A stretch of DNA of 64,000 nt from the NCBI GenBank assembly GCA_951406725.2, contig OX597815.1, positions 143,778,001 to 143,842,000 of the forward strand, in the 5' to 3' direction. A program made the position numbers and the translations under genes. This document shows, piece by piece, positions 1 through 12,747 of the stretch. Below the pieces are notes generated by a model that saw nothing but the letters and a program-made list of their open reading frames with translations, did not search any database and was not told where the DNA came from. Origin of the DNA: Octopus vulgaris (lineage: Eukaryota). The stretch's first letter is position 1; each line of letters starts with the position of its first letter.

Positions 1-109
1 CTTATTTCATTTTTCATTTTTGCTTGTAATTGCCGCATGTTATATTGCATTAACTTCTTCTTTATCTCCTTTCAACCTTATTTTCATAATTTATTGTTTT
101 TATTTCTAT

Positions 110-1490
110 ATGCGTGCACACATACACACACATACGTACATATTCACACACACAAAAAACTCACGCACCCGTGCACACACATGAACGCACATATACCTCC
201 CACACACACCGCACACATACAACACACATACATGAACATATACACACACACATTCTTCCACACACATACACACACGCACACTCACACATGCACACACACA
301 TGCACACACACGCACACATACACGCATACATACACACACCCACATACACCCACGCGCACACACACATATTCATGTACACACACACATATACACGCACAGG
401 AATGCACAGATACTTAACCCACACAACCCCACGCACATGCAGACACACATACCTATATACAGACACACACATAAACGTACGCAGTGCACACAACCACATA
501 CACATACATACTCAAGCACACTCACATACACACATAACCCGACACACATCTTTACGTTCACACACGCACATACACACATGCAGACGGATATATACACACG
601 TACATACACATACACATACTAGCACATGTACATACACATACAGACACGCACACAATTACACACACATGGGTACAAACACACACGCACATATACGCACACA
701 TGCACTCATGCACATACACACAGGTACGCACATATACGCCTAGACAAACCCCCCCACACAACCTATGCACACACGCATACACAAATTCACATACACACAT
801 ACATATACATACACACACGATATATACATACACGCACATACATACACATACACATATAGACACATACACACACGCACACACATGCGCACACATACGCACG
901 CACACACGCACACGAATGCACACATACCTAACACTCACATCTCGCATGCACATATATACACCCGCATACGCACACAGGCACACTCATACACATGCACACA
1001 TACATGCGCACACAACTACACGCACATACATATACACACGTACGCACACACACGCACATGAATACACGCGCAAAAACCCCACCTATACCCCTTACACAAC
1101 CTTCGTTCACACACATGCACAAACACTCATACACACACGCGCACACATGCACACACACAAAATACACACGCACACACACACATGTACACGCGCACACACA
1201 TGTATGCACATGCACACACATACACACACAAGCACACGCAAATGAACCCATACGTACCTCTCATACACACACAGCACACACTCATACATACAGGCACACA
1301 ATTATACATACATGTACACACACGTACATAGAAGCACACACATGCACACATACACATAGTAAAGTACAGTTACTCCACATACACAACTCCATGCGTACAC
1401 ACATACCCACACGTACACACACATACACATACACACTGCAAACAAAACACACACCACACTACATATACACACACGCACACACACATACTC
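110..1490. repeat. degenerate (CA/TA/CG)n low-complexity microsatellite
   Basis: About 1.4 kb of near-continuous alternating purine/pyrimidine CACA/CATA/CACG; all H/T/Y/C/V-rich ORFs here are artefacts. Confidence 0.95.
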
Positions 1491-2001
1491 CAACTACCAG
1501 TACATTTCTACCGACCATTCTCCAACTCACATGTGTAGGTAGACACACAACAGGCAGCCACTCCTACCAAAATTCTTACTATAAATTCTTCCTATGACCT
1601 TAAACGATACTAAGCCCAACCACACACATACAAAAACAGCTACACACTCACTCACACGCAAACGTGCTATCATTACACACAAACACACAGACCTGCACGC
1701 ACGCACATACCCACACATATACACACATACCTCCTTCTCTTGCACTCTCCTGTCTTTGAAAGAACTTTTTCTTCACCCATTCACTTCCGGTCATTACAAT
1801 ATGTGACCGCGTGTGTATCGTTGGCGATTTTCTTTCTCAGTCTTCCCTTCTTTGGACTTTTCTATATTTCTGATGAAGAGCTCTGCTCGAAACGTGAAAT
1901 CCTCTTTCTTTTCTTCCATTTCTTGAGCGTCCAATACCACTGTACTTATTCTACGTCCTCGCGTTGTTGTTTTTTCTTGCTTGTTCATGTTTGGATTAAC
2001 A
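1490..2001 (+). mobile_element. Penelope-like element pseudo-LTR / 3' end
   Basis: Contains a minimal hammerhead motif at 1866-1900 and ends at a (TA)n tract; 1830-2000 is homologous to the reverse complement of 43998-44172. Confidence 0.7.
1866..1900 (+). ncRNA. minimal type I hammerhead ribozyme motif (Penelope type)
   Basis: ATTT-CTGATGA-A-GAGC-TCT-GCTC-GAAA-CG-TG-AAAT: perfect CUGAUGA and GAAA core, stem I ATTT/AAAT, stem II GAGC/GCTC. The cleavage triplet is GUG, so this copy is probably inactive. Confidence 0.75.
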
Positions 2002-2012
2002 ATATATATATA

Positions 2013-2490
2013 CGGAGAATTCACAAAAAGAAAAAAAAACAAAAGACGAAGACAAGTGGTGTAGACAACAAATAGATGTATTAGTATAACGTTCAGGAAG
2101 TGAAAAAGTCTTTAACGTTTCGAGCCTACGCTCTTCTACACAAAGGAACACAGAAAGAAACAAGGAGAGAAAATAAAGAATGTGTAGTGGCTAGCGATCT
2201 ATCATGGCTAAGGCCGGACAGGAGAACTCAGGACAAGGGAAGATAACAAAGTAATGGTGATCCCAAAACGAAGAGGCGCGTGCGTGTGTATAAGAGAGTT
2301 GTATGTGCGTGTGGAAGAGGACTGGTGTTCTTGACGTGTGCGTGGTGGTGTGTTGTGATATGATGTGTTGGGTGGTATGGTGGTGTAAGGTCCAATGGTG
2401 TGATGGTTTTGGGCGGTGGGGGAGGCGGGAGTGGGGAAAGCAATGGTAGGGTGTGGGTTAGGCTGAGAGTAGGGGTAGAGGTGGGGTGTG
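2013..2490 (-). mobile_element. Penelope-like element pseudo-LTR, second subfamily
   Basis: Minus strand carries a hammerhead-like motif at 2110-2145 with a downstream tail related to the + copy (TTCCTGARCGT..AATAC); ends at the same (TA)n tract. Confidence 0.6.
2110..2145 (-). ncRNA. degenerate minimal hammerhead motif
   Basis: Reverse complement reads CTTT-GTGTAGA-A-GAGC-GTAG-GCTC-GAAA-CG-TT-AAAG; both stems intact, CUGANGA core mutated. Confidence 0.55.
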
Positions 2491-2921
2491 GGTATATATA
2501 TATATATATATATATATGCACAAACATATACATATGTGCTTGAGTGAATATATATGTGTGTGTGTGTGTGTAATATATAAGTACACGGACGCGTGTGTGA
2601 ATTTATTACATGAGTGTGTGTGTATGTGACAGTGAGTGCTTGAGAGAGAGAGCACAGGACCGTGAACATTTCGGTATTTTGCAGATTACATCATGAAATA
2701 AATCCAATTTACTATTAGTCCATATAAACTTATATTTGTCTTGGTTAGTTGTCATTCGTGTCAAGAAGAAAAGTGAAATGTATTTTGCACAAAAGCATTT
2801 TTGCTTTTACATGAAAACATAGTAACAATGGCTCCAAGATTGCCTTACATTCAACGAGTCTTTTGCAATTAAGTCGCCTTTTTCTCGTTACTAGTCATTT
2901 AAATCGAGATTTATATGTATA

Positions 2922-3310
2922 CTAGCAGTATCGCCCGGCGTTGCTCAGGTTTGTAAGGGAAATAATTATAAAGCATTTTTAGAGAGTTATAGCCAAAAAA
3001 TAGCAAATAAATGGAAAAAAATGATGGTAAATTTTTTTTTGAGAGTTAAAAAAGGATGGAGTTGCGTCCCCTAGACAGTTTGTGGTTCGTGTTTCTCATT
3101 CTCGACCCCATGTCGAATTTATCGATTTTTTTCAGAACTGGGGGAACTTTTCAAAATTTTGGCTGCGTTAGTTTTGAATTATGACATTGGGCTATGTGTG
3201 TGTCAAGTTTCATCAGAATCGGTTGAAAGCCGTGGTCAGGGTGAGGGTACAAGCAAACAGACACACAGAAACACGCACAGACAAACTGCCGTTTATATAT
3301 AGAGAGAAGA
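2922..3310 (-). mobile_element. complete non-autonomous Helitron
   Basis: Minus strand starts TC(TTCTCTCTATATATAAACGGCAG..) and ends with imperfect hairpin CCTGAGCAACGCCGGG then GCTAG; inserted between A and T with no TSD. Confidence 0.85.
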
Positions 3311-3312
3311 TG

Positions 3313-4163
3313 TATGTGACTGGTACATATGTACATATAAATGTATGGTGCTCCAGCATGACCGCAGTTCAAAGAATAAAACAGGTAAAAAGAGATATAC
3401 ATGAAAATACTCTCATACCTATGTAAAATACGTACATGCACATATGTAGGTACACACATGATCTAGATATGAACAGTGTATCGATTACAGTGTTATTGGT
3501 AATCTTAATCCATGATTTTTTGAGCAGCAGATTTAGAACGTAAGAAGTTTTCATCACAAGTGTTTAATTATACTCTTCAGACTACTTAAGTACTTCCCTC
3601 ATTAATCCTATATAGATCGATACCATGGGAAAAGAAAACTTATAACATCTTACCACATTATGACTGCTATGGCTGCTCTCTCAGGAAACCAACGTATATC
3701 CAAGTCATCGTGCAACACCATTGGTGACGTCATCACCCTCAGCCTAACACACACCCCACCCTTGCTTTCCCCACTCCCGCCTCCCCCACATCCCCCACCT
3801 CCCAACACCATCACACCACACCACACACCACTGCACCTTACACCACCATACCACCCAACACATCATATCACAACACACCACCACGCACACACCAGCACTA
3901 ACCACTTCCCAGACCCACAGTTGACTACATCGACCCCAGTGCCAAACTGGTACTTAAAAATCCTGGATTAAGATTACCAATAACACTGTAATCGATACAT
4001 TGTTCATATCTAGAGCATCTGTGTACCTATATATGTGCATGTACGTATTTTACATAGATATGAGAGCATATTCATATATATCTCTTTTTACCTGTTTTAT
4101 TCTTTGAACTGCGGCCATGCTGGAGCACCATATATTTATATGTACATATGTACCTGTCACATA
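3313..4163. repeat. 208-bp inverted repeat (arms 3313-3520 and 3956-4163)
   Basis: Arms align without gaps, about 12 mismatches by manual comparison; ORFs 3151..3459(-) and 4035..4238(+) give near-identical peptides. Confidence 0.95.
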
Positions 4164-4164
4164 T

Positions 4165-4590
4165 TGGTTTCACATTTTGGCACAAGGTCAAAAATTTTGG
4201 GGAGAGAAGTGAGGGGTGAGGACAATTGGATGACGTAGACCTCAGTACTCTACTGGGATTATTTTATCGAAAGGATGGAATACAAAATCGATCTCGGTGG
4301 CATTTGAACTCAGAACGTAAAGACGGGTGAAATGCAGCTTAGCATTTGGCCCGGCGTGCTAACGATTCCTATTTCTTTATTGCCCACAAGGGAACATACA
4401 AGGACAGACAAAGGGATTAAGTTGATTACATCGACCCCAGTGCGTAACTGGTACTTAATTTATCGGCCCCAAGAGGATGAAAGGCAAAGTAGGCTTCGGA
4501 GGAATTTGAACTCAGAACGTAACGGCAAATGAAATACCGCTAAGCATTTCGCCCGGCGTGCTAACGTTTCTGCCAGCTCACCGCCTTACA
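4165..4590 (-). mobile_element. tRNA-derived SINE family A, two tandem copies
   Basis: Matches other copies (..GATGAAAGGCAAAGT..GGAATTTGAACTCAGAACGT..TCTGCCAGCTC.CCGCC); B box GAGTTCAAATTCC on minus strand. Confidence 0.9.
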
Positions 4591-4643
4591 CTATGGTAAT
4601 ATCTGTTTCAAATTTTGGCACAAGGCCAGACACCATGGCAATA

Positions 4644-4917
4644 TTAATAAGTAAAATGACCACTAACATTTAGTCAAGAAAATTTAATTATTAACTAAAA
4701 TTGATAGCCCACTCATGAGAATAAGAGATATCTAAATGTTTAAATCTGGTCCAAAAGACATAGGGAAGCAACTCCGAAATTAATAAGTAAAATGACCACT
4801 AACATTTAGTCAAGAAAATTTAATTATTAACTAAAATTGATAGCCCACTCATGAGAATAAGAGTTATCTAAATGTTTAAATCTGGTCCAAAAGACATAGG
4901 GAAGCAACTCCGAAATT
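4644..4917. repeat. tandem duplication, 2 x 136 bp
   Basis: Unit TTAATAAGTAAAATGACC..CAACTCCGAAAT starts at 4644 and 4780; one visible mismatch. Confidence 0.95.
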
Positions 4918-5159
4918 TATAATCTTAATTAATTTAATATGAAATAGAGTGGAGAGTAAGCCTGATGGCTCTTTTTCTCCTGGTTCCCTACTTGCCCCAC
5001 CGAGCAAGCTTAGCGGGAAGATTGGTTTTTGATCACCAACAGGATGAAAATAATCAAAAAACCTACCAATGTGTTGATAAAATCAGGAAAGTCACCAGCT
5101 TTCAAGTAGCGTGTATATATGCATGCGGATATATCTATGCATTCATATTTGTATGTAAA

Positions 5160-5625
5160 TGCACATCCAAGGATGTCGCTCTTACTTAGAACCTGCAGTT
5201 TTTTGTTCTTTCTGGCCAGTTTGCTTTGCTTTTTTCTTCTCATTTATTTACTAATCTCGGTGGATTTAAAGTGGTACTCCTATCGAACGAACATCAAATT
5301 TCATTCAAATTTGTCGCATAAAATTTTATACTTAGATAGTATTTTACCCAACGGTTTTTTTTTCCAGCACAAGTCAGCATTCGAGCTTCAAGGACTCACA
5401 ACAAGACGATGGATATTTCGCTGCAGTAATTGGGGTACCATGCGCGTCTGCATTTTCTCACAAATGTAGTAAAACCAGGAGTAGCCGTGGACATTCTGGA
5501 TGTCCATACGGCTGCACCTTGAGTTTATGGGTAGTTGAGATCTAAATGATGTTGTTTTGATCTTGCCATGCTGGTGCATGCCTTCGTCACTTGGAGATCC
5601 CAAGAGGCAGAGGCACGACATTTTA
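5160..5625 (-). mobile_element. decayed RTE-clade LINE, endonuclease C-terminal region
   Basis: Frameshifted peptides ARSKQHHLDLNY, RMDIQNV and HRLV resemble the RTE APE motif HPRSKHWHLIDY..RDxQDV..DHRLV. Confidence 0.4.
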
Positions 5626-6094
5626 AAATGCTTTAAAATGCTTACATATATGTGTTTGTGTATGTGAATATGTGAGTCTGAGTATATAAGATACCTCTAA
5701 CATAGTCAGCCTACAGTTTATAAGACTTGTACTGTGTAAAATAAGCAACTTTGAACTCAAAGGAGATTATTCAGGCATGTTTCAAAGAAAGTTGACCACT
5801 CTTCTGAGGACTGGTACCCCTTATATACACTTTCTGCTGGTGAAGAGAACTTGATAGCAATCGCTATTTACATCAAACAAAAACTAAGACATTGCTTAAA
5901 TAATTTGACTAATACATAGTGAATATTTGATGTAAAAACGGCAAGTTTTGTAAAACCTAAGATAAATTTAATGTAGTAAGCTTGCAGTTCTGTTTGTGAA
6001 AAGAATAACAAATTCTATTTACATTTGTTGGTTCGTCACTGTGTACGTGTTACATTAAATCTATTTTAGATTTTCTAATACATAGAAATACAAA

Positions 6095-6262
6095 GAAATA
6101 GGTATTTTATCTGCCGCTACATTCTGAGTTCAAATTCCGCTGAGGTTGACTTTGCCTTTCATCCTTTCGGGGTTGTTAAATAAAGTACCAGCTGCGTACT
6201 GGAGTCGATCTAATCGACTATCCCCCCGCCCAAGTTTCAGGCGTTGTGCCTCTAGTAGAAAG
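6095..6262 (+). mobile_element. SINE family A (5' truncated)
   Basis: TTCTGAGTTCAAATTCCGCTGAGG..GCCTTTCATCCTTTCGGGG..TTGTGCCTCTAGTAGAAAG. Confidence 0.9.
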
Positions 6263-6665
6263 TATTCAGTTATGTTTCAAGGTTTCTTGTCCATAGAGAA
6301 AACCCGGTTTCTAACCTAGATCCAAGGCTCCTTCATTGAAATTTCACCTACGTCGATAGGTTTTTTTTTTGCATGGATGTGTGTATGTGTACAGTATTTG
6401 TAGTCAGTGCACGTATAGATTTGTATGTTTGTTTCATGTATATATTCTTATGCATATAGTTGCATGTCTATACATGGGCATATATACTTAAATGGTAAAC
6501 ATCTTACAAATTTTTACTGTTACAGTGACGGCTGGGATCCATGGTCTTCGAATCAGCTTTCTCCTTTCTGGTTTTCAGAACATTCAAGTGCCCCAATAAT
6601 TACAGGTATAAACATGAACTTATAAGTATTCCGGGTAGAATAACTAAGTTTTTCAATAGTTCAGG
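6263..6665 (-). mobile_element. R4/Dong LINE 3' end (RLE C-terminus plus 3' UTR)
   Basis: Reverse complement aligns to 34080-34603 (FIPVIIGAL codons; 3' UTR TTGGATYTAGKTTAGAAACCGG). Confidence 0.75.
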
Positions 6666-7079
6666 GTAGGTGTTTCCTTACTCGCTGTCTTTATGTATGT
6701 ATGTGTGTATGTGTGTATGTGTGTATGTGTGTATGTGTGTATGTATGTATGTATGGATGGATGGATGGATGGATGGATATATCAGTAATAAGTCGCCAAA
6801 AAGAAAAAAAAAACTTGTGCACTCAGTGGCGAAACTCAAAGTAACAAGAGACTTACTCAACCAAAATAAGAATTATTCTTAATTCTTACTTAGGTATTTA
6901 GTACTCTTTCTTGCGACAGTTAACAAGCTCTACTTGACCACAATGTCACTGTTGGTCCAAAATAGCCCAATTTGTGCCGCAATGACTCTATATGCTCACA
7001 ATAACCTTATATGGCCACAATGGCTCTGTTCTTGCCACAATAACCCTACTTCCAAATATATCACCGCTACTGAAGTATG

Positions 7080-7546
7080 AACTAGCACTACCACTGTTGT
7101 CACCACCACCAGTACTACCACCACCACCACCACCACCACTGCTACTACTACCATTACCATCATCACCACTACAACCACAACCATCACCACAATTACCACC
7201 TCCCACCACTGCTCCCACATTCCGCTGTGATTCCATACAGAATGAATCACGTATGTTTATTGCCAAAATATAATCGATAAAATAAACAGAAGCCAGGAGA
7301 GGAAATACAGTATAGTAGCGGTGTGGAAGTGGGTGTGTGTATGGGGTATTGATGTTGTAGTGTTGGTGGTGGTAATGCGGTAGTGGTGTTGGCGATAATG
7401 GTTACGATGGTGGCTGAGGCAAGTGGCGGTGGCAGTGGCGGTTGTGATGGTGGTAGGGACATTTATGGGTAAGGGTTGATGTGATTGTGGTAGTGATGGT
7501 GGTAATGATGATCGTGGGGCTGGTAATAGTGGTGATAGAAGCTCTG

Positions 7547-7598
<52 letters not shown>

Positions 7599-7941
7599 GT
7601 GGTGGTGGTGGTGGTGGTGGTGGTGGCGGCGGTGGTGGTGGTGGTGACAATAATAGTGTTTGTGATATTGGCAACAGAGGTTGTTTGGCCCAAGGTCTAC
7701 CCCGATCCCGCTCTCCTATGATCGTCTTAGACTTTCCACCCGTGACAATCATAGCTTAAAAATTTTTTTTTTTCTTTTTTGTTCTGTCACAGTATATCTA
7801 GTACTACATTATCTAGTGCAGCCTGCCTTGATTAAGCTGGCAACGTCTAATTTCTGTGTAATTTTGGCTACTATTTCTAGCACGAAGACGCTTCCCACAT
7901 TGCATTATATAGCTACAGTAGTAGCGGCAATGTTGTTGTTG

Positions 7942-7973
<32 letters not shown>

Positions 7974-8614
7974 GGTGTGGATGATGCCACAATTCAGCTG
8001 GTGTTATGAATATGCCCTAATCACTCAGTAATCAATGGAGCGTGAAGTGAAGCCAGTTTAAAGATGGCAGCCGCCACCACTATATCGTTGTCTGTCTGCC
8101 TGTCTGTCTGTCACGCCCATTGATTTCCATACAAGACACTAGCATTTTTTTGTTCCCCTATATTTGGCATTGTGCTATTCCTGCCTTCATATTTGATGCC
8201 ACTTTTGCTGCTGCTGCTGCTGCTACTGCTGCTGCCGCTGTTATCATTGTTTATTGTTGTTTTTGTTTTGTTATTGTTGTTGTTAAACAGTTCCTGTCTA
8301 TTCTTGTTGTTGTTGTAAATATTGTCATTATGTCTCACCCCCTGCACAGTTGTTGTTGCTGTTGTTGTTGTTGTTGTTATAGTGGTGTTGTTTGTGGTGA
8401 TGTTGGTGGTGGAGGTGGTTGTTGTTATTATCTGTCCTCTTCACACTTGGTGTTGTTATTGTTATTGTTGTTGATGTTGTTATTGCTGTTCTTACTGTTG
8501 TTTTCTAGTTGATGTTGTTATTGCTGATGTTGTTGTTGTTGCTGCTGCTGCTGTTGTTGCTCCGGCTGCTTTTGTAAAGGAAGAAATGTGGAATATTGCG
8601 ACAACAGAGAATGA

Positions 8615-8681
<67 letters not shown>

Positions 8682-8771
8682 GGTGGTGGTGGTGGTGGTG
8701 GTGGTGGCGTACTTCATACCTGAATCACAATCATCAGTTTCATTACACTCACTACAGTAATAATAATAATG

Positions 8772-8819
<48 letters not shown>

Positions 8820-8845
8820 GTGATAATAATAATAATAATAATGAT
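7080..8845. repeat. mixed trinucleotide tracts (CCA, GGT, TAG, TTG, GCT, TAA) with short unique islands
   Basis: Perfect (TAG)n near 7548-7598 and 8617-8672, (GGT)n, and (TAA)n at 8759-8842. Confidence 0.9.
7678..7885 (-). repeat. interspersed repeat family D (related copies at about 31400-31870 and 53545-53790, + strand)
   Basis: Shared motifs TGCTAGAARTARC and GGATGGTCA/GATTGTCACGG, ending in (CAA)n. Confidence 0.5.
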
Positions 8846-9046
8846 TTCAAATTTTGGCACAAGGTTAGCAATTTCGGGGGAGAAGGTAAGTCGATTACAT
8901 CGACCCCAGGTCTGAACTGGTACTTATTTTATCGACCCTGAAGGAATGAAAAGTAAAGTCGACCTCAGTGGAATTTGAACTCAGAACAGACGAAATGAAG
9001 CTAAGTATTTTGCCCTGCGTGCTAACGAGTATGCCAGCTCGCTACC
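8844..9046 (-). mobile_element. SINE family A
   Basis: Full-length match to 28003-28217, with (TTA)n tail on the minus strand. Confidence 0.9.
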
Positions 9047-9628
9047 ATGGGTACAATGTAAGATATTACTAGGAAGGGCTTAACTGAGTAAACAGACTCC
9101 ATTATTTGACTGATACTTATTTTATCGATTCGGAGAGGGAAAAAGACAAATCCTACAGCAGGATTTGAACTCCAAATAAGGGGTGGCACAAAATAATGTT
9201 TTTCGCTACCATTTCTCCACCGTCTACTGCTTTATGCTATCCTGAAATCCGCCTACAAATTAACAGCTAACAATTATCAAATGTACGAAGTACATTACAA
9301 TAAAAGACCAGAACAACTTTAATTGAACAGGAAAATACTAAATAAATTCTAAGGCAAAATGATATGAACACAACCTACTCTACAACGGTATAAAACATTA
9401 CAACAGTAGAATTGGATATAAAGGGACACAACTAACACCTTGATTGAAAAGAGCATAAATACAGACCACATCAGTACTGAAAATACAGGCAACACAACAA
9501 ACACTTTAAGAGAGTACAACACAAGCATAGACTCTAGAAGAACTGACTATACAGGTAGTACAACACAATACCTCTGAAACACACTAGAGATTAAGTAACA
9601 TCAATCAAAGAACAGGCTACTCTAAACC

Positions 9629-9662
<34 letters not shown>

Positions 9663-12600
9663 GGAGAGAATCACTAGTACCAACACAAATGAATGTAGGG
9701 ACTTATAAAATACCTAAGATGAAATGAAGCAAGTGCTTGAATAGATAAAATTCGCAGAAATTACAAAGAAACACCATAGTATACAACTTTATAAAAATAC
9801 AGAGTCTAATCAAAAACGTTAACAGTGCGTAAGACGTAATTGGAAGAGAAATAAATTAGATAAATATAACAGTCCTAAACCAAATAATGTACACCATAGC
9901 GTGTGTAGTAAACCAGGGACTAGAAGTCGAAATAAGAGAGAACAGTGGAAAACCTAAAATTTATTGTCTGAAAATATGATTCAACAGGAGTTATACCTTA
10001 AGAGAAAATATATAGTTGTACTAGATAAAATCCAAAGGAGACACAAAAATGTCGTCCCCCAAAACAAGAAAAGTTACACAGAAAACTTAAAGTTCAAGAC
10101 GGACATGGTTTTAAAATCTAAGAAAGAAAAAAAGCGGAAAAAAAAAAAAAGATTTGAAAGACGAATCAAACAATTCAAACAAATTAATCCATTTATTTCG
10201 AGAAGATAAACTATTTACAGCAAACAAAATAACAAAGAAAATAGGCGAAAAATCTGCAAAGTAAAAATGTAGAAAAATTTGGGATTAAAATATGTGTAAA
10301 ATCCCGTAAAAAAATTGACCTAACCGATAGAGCAAAAAGAAATTGAATGGCGTGGTATCACAAGACTGGAGAAACATGACAATGGAAAGTATAATGAACA
10401 AATTGAAGTCATGATAGGAAAAGGTGACTGGAAATCACCAACAATCGGCAAATTCTTTTTTCTTTAAATCAAAGACGTCTAACACTAAAATAAGATCAAA
10501 TGATTGAAGTAAATAATGTGCTCACCACCTGTTGCAAGAAAAAAAAACAAGAAAAAAAAACAGAGACGTATCTACTTATAAACTACAAGTCAATTACATG
10601 TTTTTATGTTTTCTACCAGATCAACACCTTAACAGAAATAATCTTCTATGTGGAGAAAAGGTTACATTATGGGGTTGATATGCTTGCTTGTAAAGGCCAG
10701 TTTTTGATAAATATGAAGGTATTAAACGAAGGGCAGAGAGTGGATCTCCATACAGCTTGGCTAGATTCCATTAAAAAATATATATCAGAGTATTATATTC
10801 ATGGATTATTAAGTTAAAGAGATGCAAAATAAATCATCAGTAGCTATATGGTTCTCGAAAAAGCGTGTCAGGATGGAAAATAAATAAGATACTAAAATTC
10901 GAAGGTGTCCTGCAATTTGACATTACTTATATCAAAATGATCGTATTGCAAGAATATTTACTTCCACCGCTTATATTTCTTGTATGGCCGTTGTCCTGTT
11001 AACTACCACTCTATACTGTATAGGGCATGGCAACAAGGTTGGAGTGACAATAATCAGTATGGGTAATACTGAGCTATGCAAGTCTGAGATAGTTTGAAAA
11101 TAATTTCTAAGTTGTGGAACTTTGTACTTTTTACATAAGTATGATGTTTGCGCTTTAGAAATAAATCAAAAAGTAAATTTCGACGAAGCCGATAAACAGT
11201 GGCATTGAAATCATCCTGATATTAATGGAACTGAGAACAGATCAATGAAGGTGAACAGATTCTACACGCAAGAAAGAAGAAAAATTAATTCGAAAGGGAT
11301 ATCTGACGGGCTATGATGATCCTAAACTGCGAACTCAATTAAAACATTAAGATGGAAAATAATTAACACCCCAACAGTCACGAGAGCAAACTATAATTTC
11401 AGTGTGGTAAATTGGATTATGCAAGAGATAAACAAAAATAATAGACACGGAAACACGAAAACCGCTAACAAAATTTATCACAGATAAGCTGACATACATC
11501 GCATGTATGTCAGCTTGGCAAAATGAAAGAAGAGGACTTGCAGAACTTGAGACGGTCTATAATGCTAATACAATTGAACCAGACACTAAGCTTCGAAAAA
11601 GGCAAGACACCACAATAAAAAATAAGCTAAATAGATATTCCTATAAGGACTAAAGAAACTCAAGAATAAAATAGCAACGGTAATAAAACAGCGATCTCAG
11701 AATTAATGAAAACAGACATGGACATCAATACCAGAAGGATAAACTAAAGTAATATATACAACAGCCTCTGTAGTCTCAAAGGAAATTGGGTTCTCACTCA
11801 GATCTATTCGTAAAGGAATATCACTCGCTTCCCACAAACAATATAGAAAACAAACATACAGGAAAAATAAAACATATAAGAGAAATGGTCTCTCAATCTT
11901 TAATGAAATCAATAACGAAAAGGCACAACTGAGAATAGGAGACAACAAATACATTGGAAATATAACAGAAATAAAGTACTCGAAATAAGGAACGTCTGAT
12001 CTAGAGACTCTCATTAAATCACAACAGATCCGTCAGTAGAAAAAGCGACAATGATTCTTTGAATAAATATATAAAAAGAAAACAGTTCGGCTCCAACCAT
12101 AGATGATTTTATCAAGGACAAGGTAACAATAAAAAAGAAAGAAATGCAACATCAAGGGCAAAAGAAGAAGGAAAGTTCGAGGATGGGATAATCTGGGTAG
12201 CAAATGGATTGTTTCAGACGAGAAATGTCGTAACGAGAGCAGCATCTAAACAAGTAATATCCCCAATGCTACGAAAACAGAAAACAAACGTACAACTAAA
12301 AAAACACCAGATAATGAACAAATAGAAACACACCCACAGACTGTTCATGAATTTACTACATGAAATGATATGAGATTTGAATTATAAAAATACGGCTAGC
12401 AACTTTGAAGAGAGGAAAACTGATTAAGAATTGCACTATCGTGCTAAATAAAGAAACAGAAATAGACCAACACCGATTAAAAATGTTTAGAAATTAATGA
12501 ACGAGACAGAATGTAACACGTACAAATTAAAGAAGAGGTTTGGAAGATACGTATAACAGATGTATTAGAATAAATTTAAAAAATAATCTAATGAATTAGA

Positions 12601-12747
12601 CATCGATATTCTAGCTGTCTCAATAATAAGGTGAAGTCATATTTTCAACTAGCTGCAAAACAAATTATTAGTATTAATCAGAAAACAGAAAGAAAATTTA
12701 TCACTGCGCTTAGAATACACCAACCAAAATCTGACTCAAAAACTATA

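Noticed and set aside
37-1597. Many overlapping His/Thr- or Cys/Val-rich ORFs up to 209 aa
   Set aside because: Translations of (CA)n-type repeats, open in most frames on both strands.
5388-5621. Cys-containing ORF as a piggyBac C-terminal domain or host exon
   Set aside because: No TTAA-CCC termini; better explained by frameshifted RTE endonuclease motifs.
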